Source: Candidatus Uhrbacteria bacterium GW2011_GWC2_41_11 (GTDB lineage: Bacteria; Patescibacteriota; Patescibacteriia; UBA9934; GWF2-40-263). Taken from it: a stretch of DNA of 64,000 bases. The notes below the pieces were generated by a model. It saw only the letters and a list, made by a program, of their open reading frames with translations. It ran no database searches and had not been told where the DNA came from. The stretch spans positions 85,958 through 149,957 of the forward strand of contig LCAH01000001.1 of assembly GCA_000996355.1 (NCBI GenBank). Reading direction: 5' to 3'. Shown piece after piece: positions 45,825 through 55,815 of the stretch (position 1 is its first letter; every line of letters begins with the position of its first letter). Made by a program: the position numbers and the translations under genes.

Positions 45825-46388
45825 TCAGAGTTTGGTCGGCGTGAAATCGCTCCAACGCTTTATCTCGTGGAAGGCGTTGGGTGTGATATTGGCACTCGTC
45901 GCGTCATCTTGATAGAGCACGAGCTCGTTGTTTATAAGACAAAGCAGGTCCCCCGTGTCGATCGTTACACCAGTCTGATAGATCCACCCCATGCGCGGAA
46001 TGATCGCGAGCGGTTCGGAGCGATCCGGGCAGGAGTTGATCAGTCGATCGGCCAGTCTCACGTGGGAGTCACGCCTATCCGTACGTGCTATCCAGAGCAC
46101 GTCCTTGAGCAAGCTCACCTCCAAGTTGTTGCCACTGACGTGGACGTCGTGTCCTTTTTGAGTTGCTGTGATGATGAAGAGTCCCTTCGGACTGAGACAA
46201 AAGAGCTGGTCGGACCACGGGTTGGGTTGCTGTGCCCTGTAGCCGATGGTGTAGCCCATGCCGATCTTGTTACCACAGAAGTTGTCCAGGTCGACCGAGG
46301 TGTGAAAATCGAGGTTTGGCGTCGTCTCCGTCTGCGATGGGGAACAACAACAACCGCTGATTATGATAATAAGAGCAAGAATGTACAT
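45825..46388 (-). CDS. Hypothetical lipoprotein-like orphan
   Basis: Start MYILALIIIISGCCCS with SD AAAGGAG; upstream TTGACG-17 nt-TATCTT; downstream hairpin 45763-45810. Confidence 0.75.
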   Translation of the reverse strand: MYILALIIIISGCCCSPSQTETTPNLDFHTSVDLDNFCGNKIGMGYTIGYRAQQPNPWSDQLFCLSPKGLFIITATQKGHDVHVSGNNLEVSLLKDVLWIARTDRRDSHVRLADRLINSCPDRSEPLAIIPRMGWIYQTGVTIDTGDLLCLINNELVLYQDDATSANITPNAFHEIKRWSDFTPTKL

Positions 46389-46537
46389 CACATCTCCTTT
46401 ATGGTGGGGAAGAGTATACAACGAGACTTCGTTGCCGGTTGTGCCGCAGGATTTTTTGGCAACAAAAAAAGATAACAAAAATATCGATTTTCGTCAAGAA
46501 ATTTGATTTGTGTGTCATTTATTGCTATGAGGTGTTT

Positions 46538-46864
46538 TCATTTTTTTTGAAGAAGTTTTTGGGTCACTTTCGTAGCGATTTTATTCGAGACTTGATTGAT
46601 TGGTCCGTGATGATATGGATCCATTTCTCTAAGAAGTGGGGCAATAAATTCCAATTCCAGACTTTCCATAACATGTGGGTGTCCTTTGCTCTCTATAAGT
46701 GCTTCAACAGCAATCTCGATCACCTCATCTAAGATTTTTTCCGCGTTTTCTCTCGTTCGGTTATTCTCATTTTTTCCTTCCTTTATAAAGCGATCTTTCA
46801 AATTCATAAATCGTTTCGCTGTTTGTTCTACCGAAAATTCTCCATGTCCGGATTCTCTTTCCAT
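46538..46864 (-). CDS. Hypothetical protein
   Basis: 108-aa helical, charged ORF starting MERES. Confidence 0.7.
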   Translation of the reverse strand: MERESGHGEFSVEQTAKRFMNLKDRFIKEGKNENNRTRENAEKILDEVIEIAVEALIESKGHPHVMESLELEFIAPLLREMDPYHHGPINQVSNKIATKVTQKLLQKK

Positions 46865-47016
46865 ATTTTGAGAAATAAATAGTTTCTTTAGAAAAAAGAT
46901 ACCAAGTTCTGTTGGTTAGATCAAATTTAATGAAATGTATCTTTAAATCAAATGGAGTTTTTTCTTTTTCTTTTTCTTTCTTGTATCATAGAAGAAAAAT
47001 ATTAGATCTTTGTTTT

Positions 47017-48273
47017 ATGCCTTCTTACGATTCTGAATTACGACGACTAGATACAGCACGCGAATTTGGACAAAGGGATTATTTTGCTGATCTTGCTTTT
47101 ATTGAGAATCTTTATATAAACACAAATATTCATCGGGAAGATCGTGCAAAACTTTTACGAGATGCTGTTCGATTTCCGATTTTTGATCAAGGTATTCATG
47201 GATCAGGAGGAATAGAAGATATAGAGAAATTTTTGAATCAATTGAATTTTTCTTCAAAAACAGCATTTATTTCTTCTCTTTCCAGAGCATTTGGAAAGAG
47301 AGTTTCAGAACGGTTATATCAGAAGTTTCTTTCGGATTTTAAACGTAGTCTGAATCGGTATTTGGAGAACTATCAACCAGATAGTTTTTTCACGGTTCGA
47401 GAATCTGATCAGGTCGAAAAGATGCAACAATATACCGAGGAGGAATTGAGGAAAGAAGTAGTAAATATTGTTCAATTCATCGAAGAAAAAAATATGCAAT
47501 ATGAGGATTTTGATTTGGTTCTTCACGATGCTCTCTTTTTTACCTGTGCATCTACAAAGAAGAGTTATGAATCAAGTCCAAATAAAAAAGCAATGGAAAT
47601 AGTTGGCTTCCTTAATAAAAAATATGGAAAGGAAAAAGTTCGATTGTATAAAGAAAACATAAAAAGAGTGTGTGCACCTGATTATCATGGGACAGATGAA
47701 GTTGAAAGAAGATTATATGAATTGTTTGCACCATTGAATAATTTAGATTCAAGAGATGTGAAGAGTGTGATTCAACAGAGTGCGATGTATTTTCAAGATG
47801 CGGGTTTACCTCGATGGAAATTTTCAGAAGAGTCATCTGTAAGAAGTTTTGTTTCTTCTGTGAAACAAATGCTGGAATATCAAATTAAAAAAGAAAAACA
47901 CGAAGAATTATTTCAAAAACTTGGTTTATTTTTTGAGACAGAATCACAAAAAGTTGAAGAAAAACAACGAATAGAAAGAATGTATAAAGTAGATTCAAAA
48001 AAGATGGTGCCAAAAGAATATCAATACGAACTATGGGATCTCGGTAAAAAACGAAGAGAGATTTTTCCATTGTTTTTTGAATTTGATGTGGAAAAATCTA
48101 TCACAATTATTTCTCAAGCGACAAGAGATGCTGGTGTTCAAAAAGAATGGCCAAGAAAGTTTGATGAACCTGTATTGCAGCAAATCATGATTTATCTCAA
48201 TGAAATGCACGGGAAGGAAGTTGTTGATCGATTTGTTTCTTCTGTGAAACAACAGTGTGAAGGTTTGAAATAA
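47017..48273 (+). CDS. Hypothetical protein (AT-rich gene)
   Basis: Long ORF, likely start MPSYDSE; no family recognised. Confidence 0.8.
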   Translation: MPSYDSELRRLDTAREFGQRDYFADLAFIENLYINTNIHREDRAKLLRDAVRFPIFDQGIHGSGGIEDIEKFLNQLNFSSKTAFISSLSRAFGKRVSERLYQKFLSDFKRSLNRYLENYQPDSFFTVRESDQVEKMQQYTEEELRKEVVNIVQFIEEKNMQYEDFDLVLHDALFFTCASTKKSYESSPNKKAMEIVGFLNKKYGKEKVRLYKENIKRVCAPDYHGTDEVERRLYELFAPLNNLDSRDVKSVIQQSAMYFQDAGLPRWKFSEESSVRSFVSSVKQMLEYQIKKEKHEELFQKLGLFFETESQKVEEKQRIERMYKVDSKKMVPKEYQYELWDLGKKRREIFPLFFEFDVEKSITIISQATRDAGVQKEWPRKFDEPVLQQIMIYLNEMHGKEVVDRFVSSVKQQCEGLK

Positions 48274-48341
48274 TTTTTTATCCTTGACATTCAAGTCACG
48301 GCATGGTTTTTTTGTGGCAGGTCTTTTAAAAAGGAGAAACA

Positions 48342-49499
48342 ATGTCGCATAGGTATCATGATTTTCTGTATAGGGAAATGCATGTCTCGGATTTTATCTG
48401 GGAGCTTCTTCACACACCCCAAGTTCAACGTCTCCATGGTATTTCTCAAGATGTTCTTCCTTCAGGGTTGTTACCATGGAATATGCCAAGTCGACTTGAA
48501 CATGGGATGGGTGTCGTACGTTTGGCAACGGAAGTCATAAAAAACAATCCATCATTCGCGCCTTATGAAAATCTTCTTTTGGGCGCAGCCCTTCTTCATG
48601 ATGCGGGAAATGCATCTCTTTCTCATTTAAACGAACCTTTTTTGAAGGTCATAATGGGAAAAGACGGTGAATCATTTCTGGAAGAAATATTGCATCAATC
48701 TGAAGCTGCTGAGGTATTGAATCATTTTGGATGTTCCCCTGAGCAAGTAGTTCGATTTGTAACAGGGGAAGCGGCACCTCTTTCTCGTGTTTTGAATGGT
48801 TCAATGGATATTGATAACTTGGATAATATTCATCGATACTGGATGATTTCAAATAAGCAACCGCTTTTTGATCCAATTCTTCTTGCATCCTCTTTTCGTT
48901 TTTGTGATGGAAAATGGATGTTGGATGCAAACATGCATCCCGAATCTCGTAAATGGCAAAAAGCGCGTGAGGCTGTCTATGCAGTCATTTATGGAGAACC
49001 TCATTTGAATACAGCCAAAATGCTTGAACGTGCGATTTGGTTTGCTTTTGAGCAAGGAGAACTTTCGGAAGCGTACTTTCGCATGAATGATCAAGAGGCT
49101 GTTGAATACTTGCAATCATGTAATGAAAAAACAGCATTTCTTGCCAACCGGGTTTCTACGCGTGACCTTTATGCGCTCTGTTTTGCTTTTGAAACAACGA
49201 AACCGTCTGAGAAATTTTTGGCTCTTTCCCAAAAATGGGATGCACGCTATGAAGTGGCAGATGCGATTGCAGCACATATAAAAATGCCTCGTGAGGCAGT
49301 GTGTGTGCATCTCGGAAAGGGAAGAGACAGGCGTAAAATCGATTTACCTTTTGTTCGTGATGACGGTTCCTTTTTTATGGACAATAGTCCTCCTGAATGT
49401 TTGGAACCTATCTATCGGATAAAAGTGTATCTTGATGGAGAGGTTCATCGTCATACAATAGCAGTTCATGATATGGTCAAAACATGGATCATGTCATAA
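48342..49499 (+). CDS. HD-domain phosphohydrolase (SAMHD1/dNTPase-like)
   Basis: TP.VQRL..ISQ, SRLEHG.GV, ALLHDAG..SH, MDIDNLD; SD AAGGAG. Confidence 0.85.
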   Translation: MSHRYHDFLYREMHVSDFIWELLHTPQVQRLHGISQDVLPSGLLPWNMPSRLEHGMGVVRLATEVIKNNPSFAPYENLLLGAALLHDAGNASLSHLNEPFLKVIMGKDGESFLEEILHQSEAAEVLNHFGCSPEQVVRFVTGEAAPLSRVLNGSMDIDNLDNIHRYWMISNKQPLFDPILLASSFRFCDGKWMLDANMHPESRKWQKAREAVYAVIYGEPHLNTAKMLERAIWFAFEQGELSEAYFRMNDQEAVEYLQSCNEKTAFLANRVSTRDLYALCFAFETTKPSEKFLALSQKWDARYEVADAIAAHIKMPREAVCVHLGKGRDRRKIDLPFVRDDGSFFMDNSPPECLEPIYRIKVYLDGEVHRHTIAVHDMVKTWIMS

Positions 49500-49505
49500 G
49501 ATCTT

Positions 49506-49533
49506 AAACGAACGGAAAAGCCGTTCGTTTTTT
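49506..49533 (+). terminator. Intrinsic terminator after the HD gene
   Basis: AAACGAACGG-AAAAG-CCGTTCGTTTTTT. Confidence 0.8.
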
Positions 49534-49552
49534 GGTCGTCTATGTTTGGTTT

Positions 49553-50626
49553 ATGGAAACAAAATTATCCCTTCTTTCTCGCAAAGAACAATTTCAACAA
49601 TTATTTCCCTCAGAACCGTCCTATCGCTGGAAACAGATAGAAACGGCTTTTTTTGATGGACACGCAAATGGTTGGCAGGATGTTCAGACACTTCCAAAGT
49701 CTGTGCGTGAAGGTGTAGAACAAGAAATTTTATGGATGACTGTTGAAACAGAACAGGTTTACGATTCCAAACAAAGTCAAACATTTAAAGCAATATTAAA
49801 AACACGAGATGGATTATTTTTTGAAACCGTGCTCATGGAAAATCGAACAGGACAATGGACAATTTGTGTTTCTTCTCAAATTGGATGTGCGATGCGTTGT
49901 TCGTTTTGTGCGACTGGAACCATGGGATTAAAACGAAGTTTGTTGTCTGATGAGATCGTGGATCAATATCGTTTTTGGATGTCTTTTTTGAAAGCGCGTC
50001 CAGAGATATCTCAACGCATCAGTAATGTTGTGTTCATGGGGATGGGTGAGCCCATGGCAAATTATGAAAACGTCAAACAAGCGATTCGAATGTGGCTTAC
50101 GTACACCGATATTGGTTCCACACACATCACGGTTTCTACAGTCGGAATTTTGACACAACTTGATCGGTTGCTTACGGATCCGGATTGGCCGTCGGTGCGT
50201 ATTGCGATTTCTTTGCATAGTGCAAATCAAGAAAAACGTCGTGAAATCATTCCAACAACCGTTGATGATTTTTTAGTGAAACTCGCTGATTGGTCACATC
50301 GATATGCAGAGACTCTTGGCAATCGAAAGCATCATGTGACATATGAATACCTTTTGCTGAATAAAGTGAATGATGGGTTGGATGAAGCAAAAGAACTTGC
50401 TCAATTCATTCGTTCCACTTCTTCAGGAAAAATAAATGTGATTCCGTATAATCCTGTCCCGGATAAACCATTTGAACGCAGTCAGCGTGAATGTATTGAT
50501 CAATTTAAAAATATTCTTGTTTTAGCGGGACTTGATGTGACGGAACGTCGAAGTATGGGAAATGATATTGCGGCTGCCTGCGGACAATTGGTAACGACCA
50601 AAAAAAACGTTCAGGAACGATCCTGA
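49553..50626 (+). CDS. rlmN: 23S rRNA/tRNA m2A methyltransferase RlmN
   Basis: CVSSQIGCAMRCSFCATG, VFMGMGEP, ISLH, NVIPYN, DIAAACGQL. Confidence 0.96.
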   Translation: METKLSLLSRKEQFQQLFPSEPSYRWKQIETAFFDGHANGWQDVQTLPKSVREGVEQEILWMTVETEQVYDSKQSQTFKAILKTRDGLFFETVLMENRTGQWTICVSSQIGCAMRCSFCATGTMGLKRSLLSDEIVDQYRFWMSFLKARPEISQRISNVVFMGMGEPMANYENVKQAIRMWLTYTDIGSTHITVSTVGILTQLDRLLTDPDWPSVRIAISLHSANQEKRREIIPTTVDDFLVKLADWSHRYAETLGNRKHHVTYEYLLLNKVNDGLDEAKELAQFIRSTSSGKINVIPYNPVPDKPFERSQRECIDQFKNILVLAGLDVTERRSMGNDIAAACGQLVTTKKNVQERS

Positions 50627-50656
50627 ACGCAATTGTTTCATACAGTAATCATGACT

Positions 50657-51715
50657 TTATTTAGCCATACTTTCCGGAGTAATGATTCCCGCATATTCAC
50701 CATTTTTTGTCACAATGACAACAGGATTGATGGATTCGTTGAGTACATCAAACACCTGTTGAAGCGACATATCCGCATCAACCACAGAGACACGTGCTGT
50801 GATATGTTCTACAGGAAGATGTGGCTGTCTCTTTTGTTCAAGGAGAAGACGTTCAGTTGAAGCGACTCCATATGTACCATCACGGAGAAGAACAGGAAAA
50901 AGACCGATATGTGACGATGCGTCAACAATAGTCTCTGCGATCAGGCGAATCCTTGGTCCTGATGGAGAAGTCCAATGTATTTCTGATATAAGTTCAACCT
51001 GATCAAGGATATTTTGAGCCGTTCCTTTAAGAGATTCGTAAAAACTTGTAAACTCCCAGATCTTTTGTCCTTCAAAGAACATGATGTATGCGATGAATAA
51101 AAGGATATATTGTCCCAACACAAATCCGATGATTCCCATACAAACGGCCAAGAACTTGCTGATTCTGATCGTATAATAAGTCGCTTTCAGTCCGTCCATT
51201 TTTTCCATAAGGAGACCGCGCAAGATTCTTCCGCCATCCATGGGAAACAAAGGAATGAGATTAAATAATCCGATCATTATATTGATTTTCACAATCATAG
51301 CCAGAGACACAAGAAAGAAACGAAGAAAGGTTTGTTCAATCAATGTTTGAATCATCACACTTAAGATGATAGCAATGGTTACAATGAAAAAATTCACCGC
51401 AGGTCCGGCCATGGCAATCAATGTTTCTTGCCTCGGATGACTCGGAATGATTTTCATTCGCATGTGTGCGGCACATCCGAAGATATAAAACGTGATGTCA
51501 TTGGTTAAAACACCAAACCGTCTGGCTGTGAATACATGACCAAGTTCGTGCAGAAAAACAAAAAAGAAACTCACTCCGAGAAGGATAGGTGCATAGAGGA
51601 TCTCCTCATTTTCTTTGAGAAAAAGGGAGAAAATACCAATGATTGCTAAGGGGATAAAAAATGAAACATGAACAAGAATATCAAGACCAAACCAATGCCC
51701 TATTTTTACCTTCAC
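50657..51715 (-). CDS. Site-2 protease (M50) with C-terminal CBS-like domain
   Basis: LHELGH, IAMAGP.VN, FNLIP.FPMDGGRILR, terminal PVV...G.YAGIIT; SD AAGGAG before GTG. Confidence 0.92.
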   Translation of the reverse strand: MKVKIGHWFGLDILVHVSFFIPLAIIGIFSLFLKENEEILYAPILLGVSFFFVFLHELGHVFTARRFGVLTNDITFYIFGCAAHMRMKIIPSHPRQETLIAMAGPAVNFFIVTIAIILSVMIQTLIEQTFLRFFLVSLAMIVKINIMIGLFNLIPLFPMDGGRILRGLLMEKMDGLKATYYTIRISKFLAVCMGIIGFVLGQYILLFIAYIMFFEGQKIWEFTSFYESLKGTAQNILDQVELISEIHWTSPSGPRIRLIAETIVDASSHIGLFPVLLRDGTYGVASTERLLLEQKRQPHLPVEHITARVSVVDADMSLQQVFDVLNESINPVVIVTKNGEYAGIITPESMAK

Positions 51716-51853
51716 GCAAAACTCCTTTTGTAAAAGAACACCCCTTCCTTTTTCTCAGAAAAAAAAGAACAGAATTGCCTGTTTTATAGGAAAAAATTGA
51801 TTTTGTCAAGAAAGGTTGATTTACAAAGGAACCCGAAGGTATACTGGTTTTCT

Positions 51854-52903
51854 ATGATTCCAACGGTTTCTATCAATATCGTCGCCTGGAACAGCATGGA
51901 TCGGCTTCCGACTTTACTTGAATCCATCTTTTCTCAAACGTTTCAAAATTTTGTTGTTCGAATTGTTGATAATGGTTCCACGGATCATGTGGGTGAGTTT
52001 TTGCGCGAAAAATATCCGCAAGTGATGCTTATTCGAAATACGCGAAATCTTGGATTTTCTTGTGCTCACAATCAAGGAATTCGATACGCGATTGATAAAT
52101 GGACAGATCAATCGCTTGATGCGTGTTTTGTTCTTGTGGTGAATCCAGATGTCGTGTTTACCCCGACATTTTTAGAAGACCTTTTGCGAAATACAGAAAA
52201 TAATCCGAAGGTTGCGAGTTTTGGAGGAAAATTATTGCGTGCGTTTCCGAATCCGGAAAGTGATGATGCGTGGCGAGATATGATTCGATCTTCCATGATT
52301 GATTCAACCGGACTTCGCCCAAATCGTCGCCGGTGTGTTGCAGAACGCGGAGCAGGAGAGGAAGACACAGGACAATACGATAAAGAGACTGATATTTTTG
52401 GAGTGAGCGGAGCGCTTGTTTTATATCGAGCCTCTGCTCTTGAGGATATACGATTTGAAGAAGATGAATATTTTGATCATGATTTTTTTGCGTATCAGGA
52501 AGATATAGATTTGGCTTGGCGTTTACGCAGTTGCGGATGGTCTGCGCGATTTGTGCCTCGAGCGCTTGCATATCATGAACGAGCCATGTCTGGAAATGAA
52601 CGAGTAACTCTGTGGCAGCTTATGAAAAATCGACAGCGTAAATCGCGGTTGCGCAGTTACTATTCAACACGCAATCATTGGGTCATGCTTTTCAAAAATA
52701 TGTCTTGGTCAGATTGGGTGTTGTCTCTCCCTTGGGTGATTCCGATGGAAGCGGCTCGTTTTGTCTATGTTTGTGTGTTTGAATCTATGAATATTGGTGC
52801 ATTTGCTGAAGTTGTTTTATGGATGCCGCACATGTGGCACAAACGTAGACAGATTATGAAAAAAAGAAATGAATCAAAGACCTTGCGTGCCTGGTTTCAA
52901 TAA
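51854..52903 (+). CDS. Glycosyltransferase family 2
   Basis: SINIVAWN, VDNGSTD, N.GF..AHNQG, NPD, FFAYQEDIDL.WR. Confidence 0.93.
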   Translation: MIPTVSINIVAWNSMDRLPTLLESIFSQTFQNFVVRIVDNGSTDHVGEFLREKYPQVMLIRNTRNLGFSCAHNQGIRYAIDKWTDQSLDACFVLVVNPDVVFTPTFLEDLLRNTENNPKVASFGGKLLRAFPNPESDDAWRDMIRSSMIDSTGLRPNRRRCVAERGAGEEDTGQYDKETDIFGVSGALVLYRASALEDIRFEEDEYFDHDFFAYQEDIDLAWRLRSCGWSARFVPRALAYHERAMSGNERVTLWQLMKNRQRKSRLRSYYSTRNHWVMLFKNMSWSDWVLSLPWVIPMEAARFVYVCVFESMNIGAFAEVVLWMPHMWHKRRQIMKKRNESKTLRAWFQ

Positions 52904-52909
52904 GTGGAT

Positions 52910-53746
52910 ATGGATCTTTCTATTTTGATTGTTCACTATAATACCCCGCGTCTTTTGCGACAGACATTACGGAGTATTCGTCGGGCTGCTCCGCGTTTGT
53001 TTTACGAAATTTTCGTCGTTGACAACAATCCTTCCGAACGTCTTCCTGCAAGTTTGCACGCAGAATTTCCTGAAGTGCATATTTTGAAAAGCGAAAAAAA
53101 TATTGGATTTGCTTCAGGAATGAATCAGGGAATGAAAGCGGCTCATGGTCGACATTTTTTAATTTTTAATCCGGACATGATTGTTTTACCCGGATCTCTT
53201 GAACATCTCACAGCTTTTTTGGATGAACATCCATCGGTCGGAATGGTTGGTCCAAAATTATTGCATCCGGATGGCACCCTTCAATTTTCCTGTTATCGAT
53301 TCATGAAACCAATAACGATTGTATACCGACGTCTCCCACTCATTGATTGTCTTTCATGTGTTTCACGGGAATTGAAACGATATCTTATGTCTGATTGGGA
53401 TCATACATCTGTTGCGTCTGTTGATTATCTATTGGGTGCATGTCTTCTTGTGCGACGGGAAGCTGTGGAGGAAGTTGGCGGGTTTGATCCGTCTTATTTT
53501 ATGTATTTTGAGGATCAAGATTGGTGCCGGCGGTTTTGGCAGGCAGGATGGGAGGTTGTTTATCATCCAGAAATCAGCATGATCCATTATCATCGTCGGG
53601 AAACCGCAGAAGGAGGATTTTTTCGCCAACTTTTTCGTCCGCTTACACACATTCAATTGCGAAGCGCGTGGCGTTATTTTCGTAAATTTCGTGGACAGCC
53701 TTATTCCTATGAAAGAAAAAAAATTCGTTCTGAGAGTGGTGAATAG
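52910..53746 (+). CDS. Glycosyltransferase family 2 (WbbL-like rhamnosyltransferase)
   Basis: LSILIVHYN, VVDN, NIGF..GMNQG, NPD, GACLLVR, FMYFEDQDWCRR. Confidence 0.92.
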   Translation: MDLSILIVHYNTPRLLRQTLRSIRRAAPRLFYEIFVVDNNPSERLPASLHAEFPEVHILKSEKNIGFASGMNQGMKAAHGRHFLIFNPDMIVLPGSLEHLTAFLDEHPSVGMVGPKLLHPDGTLQFSCYRFMKPITIVYRRLPLIDCLSCVSRELKRYLMSDWDHTSVASVDYLLGACLLVRREAVEEVGGFDPSYFMYFEDQDWCRRFWQAGWEVVYHPEISMIHYHRRETAEGGFFRQLFRPLTHIQLRSAWRYFRKFRGQPYSYERKKIRSESGE

Positions 53747-53772
53747 CAGAAATTTTGTGTACCATAAAGGAC

Positions 53773-55797
53773 ATGACACACAGCGTAAATTTTCTTGAAC
53801 ATCTTGAACAACCTTCTCAACAACGAACACATAAACATCGTCGTGTTTGGTTGATTGTTTTTTCTCTTCTTGGCAGCATTCTTTTTTTGGCTGTGCTTTT
53901 TTTTGTTCTTGTTTGTGGACAAGTTTTGGTTGCAGCTTTTGATGGAAAAGATCGGTTGGTAGCAGTACAAGAAGCTGTAGTTCATCAGGATTTTGAACAA
54001 GCACAACATGAACTTGTTGTTGCTCAAGAAGATTTTGATCAGGCTGAGCGCGGTTGGCAGCGTCTGCGTTGGCTTCGTTCTTTTGGGTGGGTCGGAGTTC
54101 AATGGGAGGCTGTACAGACAATGATTCATGCTGGAAATCATCTTGTGACAGCTGCAGAAGATGTCGTGAATTTTGGAGCAGAACTCATGCGATTGTCTGG
54201 TGTGACAGCGGAACAACTTTCTTCCATCCGTCCAGACATAGGGGCTGAATCAACGTACGATCAGCTTTCTGCAAAAACAAAACGTGCACTTTTACAGCGT
54301 TTAGCAGGAGGGGCTCCCGATCTTTCTGTGACAGCTGCAAAAATAGATGTTGCCCTCGCAGAACTTGATTTGCTTTTTACAAAAGATCTTGCTACGCCTC
54401 TTTCAACAGCTTTGAAAATAATGAAAGATCGCGTAGAACCTCTTGCGAATGCTGTAAAAACAGCTTCTGTATTTGCGTCTCTTATTCCTGCATACGCAGG
54501 TTTAGATCATCCGGTGAATCTGCTTGTGTTATTTGAAAATAATAATGAGTTGCGTCCAGGAGGAGGATTTATTGGAACATTCGGAGTACTCCAAATCCAA
54601 GATGGAGAAATTCGTTCGTTTGTCACAAAAGATGTTTATGCACTTGATGATCCCGCAGATCCTCAATATGAAGCAATGCCTCCGGAACCATTGCGTCGAT
54701 ACAATGCGTCGGGAGATTGGTTTTTCCGCGACAGTAATTGGTCTCCTGATTTTTCTGTTTCGGCTAGACAAGCGCTTGCAATTTTTGAACAAGAAAATCG
54801 TGTGTTACCTGAAGAGATGCGTGTTCAGTTTGGTTTCCCAGAGACATTTGATGGGGTGATTGCATTTACGCCAACGTTTGCAGCCGAGTTATTGCGATTA
54901 TTGGGACCGGTTGAAATGGGAGGACAAATTTTTACCTCAGAAAATATTGCAGAGACGTTAGAGTATCAGGTGCAGTTTGGATTTTCCAAAGCAGGTATTC
55001 CTGAACCACAGCGCAAAGATATTTTAGTCGGTCTGATTGAAAAAGTGCGTTATCGATTCATGAATCTTCCAGCCAAAGAATGGTCAAAATTTTTAGATGT
55101 TTTTTCTGAAGCGATTCAGAAAAAACACATGGCTTTTTTTCACACAGATTCAGAGATACAAGAACGTCTGATACATGCAGGGTGGGCCGGTAACATCACT
55201 CCATCAGACGGAGACCATTTGATGGTTGTGGATGCAAATCTTGCAAGTCTGAAATCAGATCCTGCGGTTCAGCGGACTATTTTTTATAGTATACGTCCAT
55301 CAAGTGATGGAGAATATGTCGCACAAGTAACGATCCGATATGAGCACAAAGGAAATTTTGATTGGAAGACAACGCGCTATCGAACCTATACACGTGTGTA
55401 TACTCCGCTTGGAAGTCGTCTTCTTCGCGCATCCGGTATGTTTATTGATGATGCACTGAAAGATCCAAACCGAAATCCAGGGTCTGTAGATATGGGAGAA
55501 GAACTTGGATTTCAAGTGTTCGGAGCATTTACATCTGTAGAACCAGGACAAACACAAGAGTTGCATTTCGAATATTTACTCCCTTCTTCGATAAAGGAGA
55601 TAATTCAAAAAAATCAGTATCATTTGAAAGTCTATAAACAGATAGGAGCTTTATCTCATGCATTGACGCTTGATCTTGATTTTGATAAAACGCTCAAACA
55701 CGCCTTGCCTGAAGAAGAAATGAAAGAATGGAATGATGATGTCTATCGATTGAACACGAAATTAGATCAAGATCGGACGTTTGAGGTGAATTTTTGA
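53773..55797 (+). CDS. DUF4012 domain membrane protein
   Basis: N-terminal TM and coiled coil, LVLFENNNELRPGGGFIG, RDSNWSPDF, DGVIA, DANL..LKSD, Y.RVY.P.GS. Confidence 0.88.
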   Translation: MTHSVNFLEHLEQPSQQRTHKHRRVWLIVFSLLGSILFLAVLFFVLVCGQVLVAAFDGKDRLVAVQEAVVHQDFEQAQHELVVAQEDFDQAERGWQRLRWLRSFGWVGVQWEAVQTMIHAGNHLVTAAEDVVNFGAELMRLSGVTAEQLSSIRPDIGAESTYDQLSAKTKRALLQRLAGGAPDLSVTAAKIDVALAELDLLFTKDLATPLSTALKIMKDRVEPLANAVKTASVFASLIPAYAGLDHPVNLLVLFENNNELRPGGGFIGTFGVLQIQDGEIRSFVTKDVYALDDPADPQYEAMPPEPLRRYNASGDWFFRDSNWSPDFSVSARQALAIFEQENRVLPEEMRVQFGFPETFDGVIAFTPTFAAELLRLLGPVEMGGQIFTSENIAETLEYQVQFGFSKAGIPEPQRKDILVGLIEKVRYRFMNLPAKEWSKFLDVFSEAIQKKHMAFFHTDSEIQERLIHAGWAGNITPSDGDHLMVVDANLASLKSDPAVQRTIFYSIRPSSDGEYVAQVTIRYEHKGNFDWKTTRYRTYTRVYTPLGSRLLRASGMFIDDALKDPNRNPGSVDMGEELGFQVFGAFTSVEPGQTQELHFEYLLPSSIKEIIQKNQYHLKVYKQIGALSHALTLDLDFDKTLKHALPEEEMKEWNDDVYRLNTKLDQDRTFEVNF

Positions 55798-55815
55798 AGA
55801 AAGGGAAGTATTTCT

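Noticed and set aside
45753-46475. 240-aa plus-strand ORF
   Set aside because: Antisense shadow of the minus-strand lipoprotein-like gene, which has the promoter, SD, signal peptide and terminator
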